Below, piece after piece: positions 43,569-44,531 of a stretch of 44,531 nucleotides of DNA; the stretch's first letter is position 1; each line of letters opens with the position of its first letter. The position numbers and the translations under genes are program-made. The DNA lies in the sequence record SRR22947727_118, one strand, 5' to 3'. The notes under the pieces were generated by a model that saw only the letters and a program-made list of their open reading frames with translations, was not told the origin of the DNA and made no database searches.

Positions 43569-44531
43569 ATGAAGGTAGCAATCAATGGTTTTGGGAGAAT
43601 AGGAAAATTAGTTTTTAGAGCTTTTTTAGAAAAAAATTTAAAAGGTATTGATATAGTCGCAATAAATGAACTAGGCAGTTTAGACTCAAGTTTACATTTA
43701 ATGCAATATGATAGTGTCCATGGAAAACTTCCTATTCAGATTAACAAAACTAAAGATGGATTAAAATATAAGAATAAAACAATAAAATTTTTCAGTGAAA
43801 GAGATCCTTTAAATTTACCTTGGAAAAAACTAAATGTTGATGTTGTGTTAGAATGCAGCGGTGTTTTTGCTTCAAAAGAAAAGGCGGGGGCGCACCTTAA
43901 TGCTGGTGCAAAAAAAGTAATTATTTCAGCACCAGGATCAAATGTTGATGCTACTATAGTTCAAGGAGTTAACAATCAAATTTTGAAAAAAAAGCACAAT
44001 GTTATTTCTAATGGCTCATGTACTACAAATTGCTTAGCTCCTGTTGCGATGGTTTTAGATAAAGGGGTTGGTATTGAAAATGGTTTTATGACTACAATAC
44101 ACAGCTACACAGGCGATCAAAGAACTGTTGATCAAACGCATAGTGATTTTAGGAGAGCGAGGGGTGCAGCAATATCAATGATACCTACATCTACTGGCGC
44201 AGCAAAAGCTTTGAGTTTAGTTCTTCCAAAACTAAAAGGGAAACTTGACGGAACTGCAATTAGAGTTCCCACCCCAAATGTATCATTGATTGATTTAACA
44301 TTTACCTCAAAGAAAAAAACCTCTGTTGAAGCAATCAATAAATTAATGGTTCAAGCAAGCAAAACTAAAAATCTAAAAAATATCTTAACAACAAATAAAC
44401 TGCCATTAGTTTCAATTGATTTTAATCATAACTCTAGTAGTTCAGTATTTGACTTAACTCAAACACAAGTTCTGAATGGCAAATTTTGTAGAGTATTATC
44501 TTGGTATGATAATGAATGGGGCTTTTCAAAC
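43569..44531 (+). CDS. gap: Type I glyceraldehyde-3-phosphate dehydrogenase (3' end runs off the window)
   Basis: Manual translation after SD GAGG: MKVAINGFGRIG, YDSVHG, SNGSCTTNCLAP, TIHSYTGDQ, PTSTGAAKA, WYDNEWGFS. Confidence 0.96.
   Translation, partial: MKVAINGFGRIGKLVFRAFLEKNLKGIDIVAINELGSLDSSLHLMQYDSVHGKLPIQINKTKDGLKYKNKTIKFFSERDPLNLPWKKLNVDVVLECSGVFASKEKAGAHLNAGAKKVIISAPGSNVDATIVQGVNNQILKKKHNVISNGSCTTNCLAPVAMVLDKGVGIENGFMTTIHSYTGDQRTVDQTHSDFRRARGAAISMIPTSTGAAKALSLVLPKLKGKLDGTAIRVPTPNVSLIDLTFTSKKKTSVEAINKLMVQASKTKNLKNILTTNKLPLVSIDFNHNSSSSVFDLTQTQVLNGKFCRVLSWYDNEWGFSN

Noticed and set aside
43569-44531. Erythrose-4-phosphate dehydrogenase (Epd), suggested by the INEL motif and position after tkt
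   Set aside because: HSYTGDQ and PTSTGAAKA are GAPDH-type; Epd has HSAM..Q and PVDT.L-type sequences.

Overview
A very AT-rich, tightly packed chromosomal segment of a streamlined alphaproteobacterium. Gene order and composition resemble marine SAR11/HIMB59-like genomes; the taxonomy is an inference. From left to right: partial tuf with tRNA-Gly and tRNA-Tyr, rlmB and tRNA-Thr; a ~15 kb molybdo/tungsto-enzyme block (unannotated 39-aa lipoprotein, two-subunit NAD-linked FdwAB/Fdh1-type formate dehydrogenase, tusA, moeA, mobB, lone tupB-like permease, fdhD, mobA, TauE exporter, soeABC sulfite dehydrogenase, TIGR02186-like protein, USP); housekeeping genes (pyrE, HxGH nucleotidyltransferase, pdxH, fabI, aroC, tlyA, dxs, xseB, rluD, rpoH, purA, hisZ, glmM, ftsH, tilS); the tol-pal cluster; then yebC, YmdB-like phosphoesterase, ygfA, zapA, tkt and partial gap. 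The most striking observation is at the usual ruvC-ruvA-ruvB-ybgC position between yebC and tolQ. All four genes are absent, and a single 107-aa PD-(D/E)XK nuclease with the motif pattern of archaeal/phage Hjc-type Holliday-junction resolvases sits there, overlapping the tolQ start. This suggests in-place replacement of RuvABC. No CRISPR arrays, IS elements or integrases were seen.
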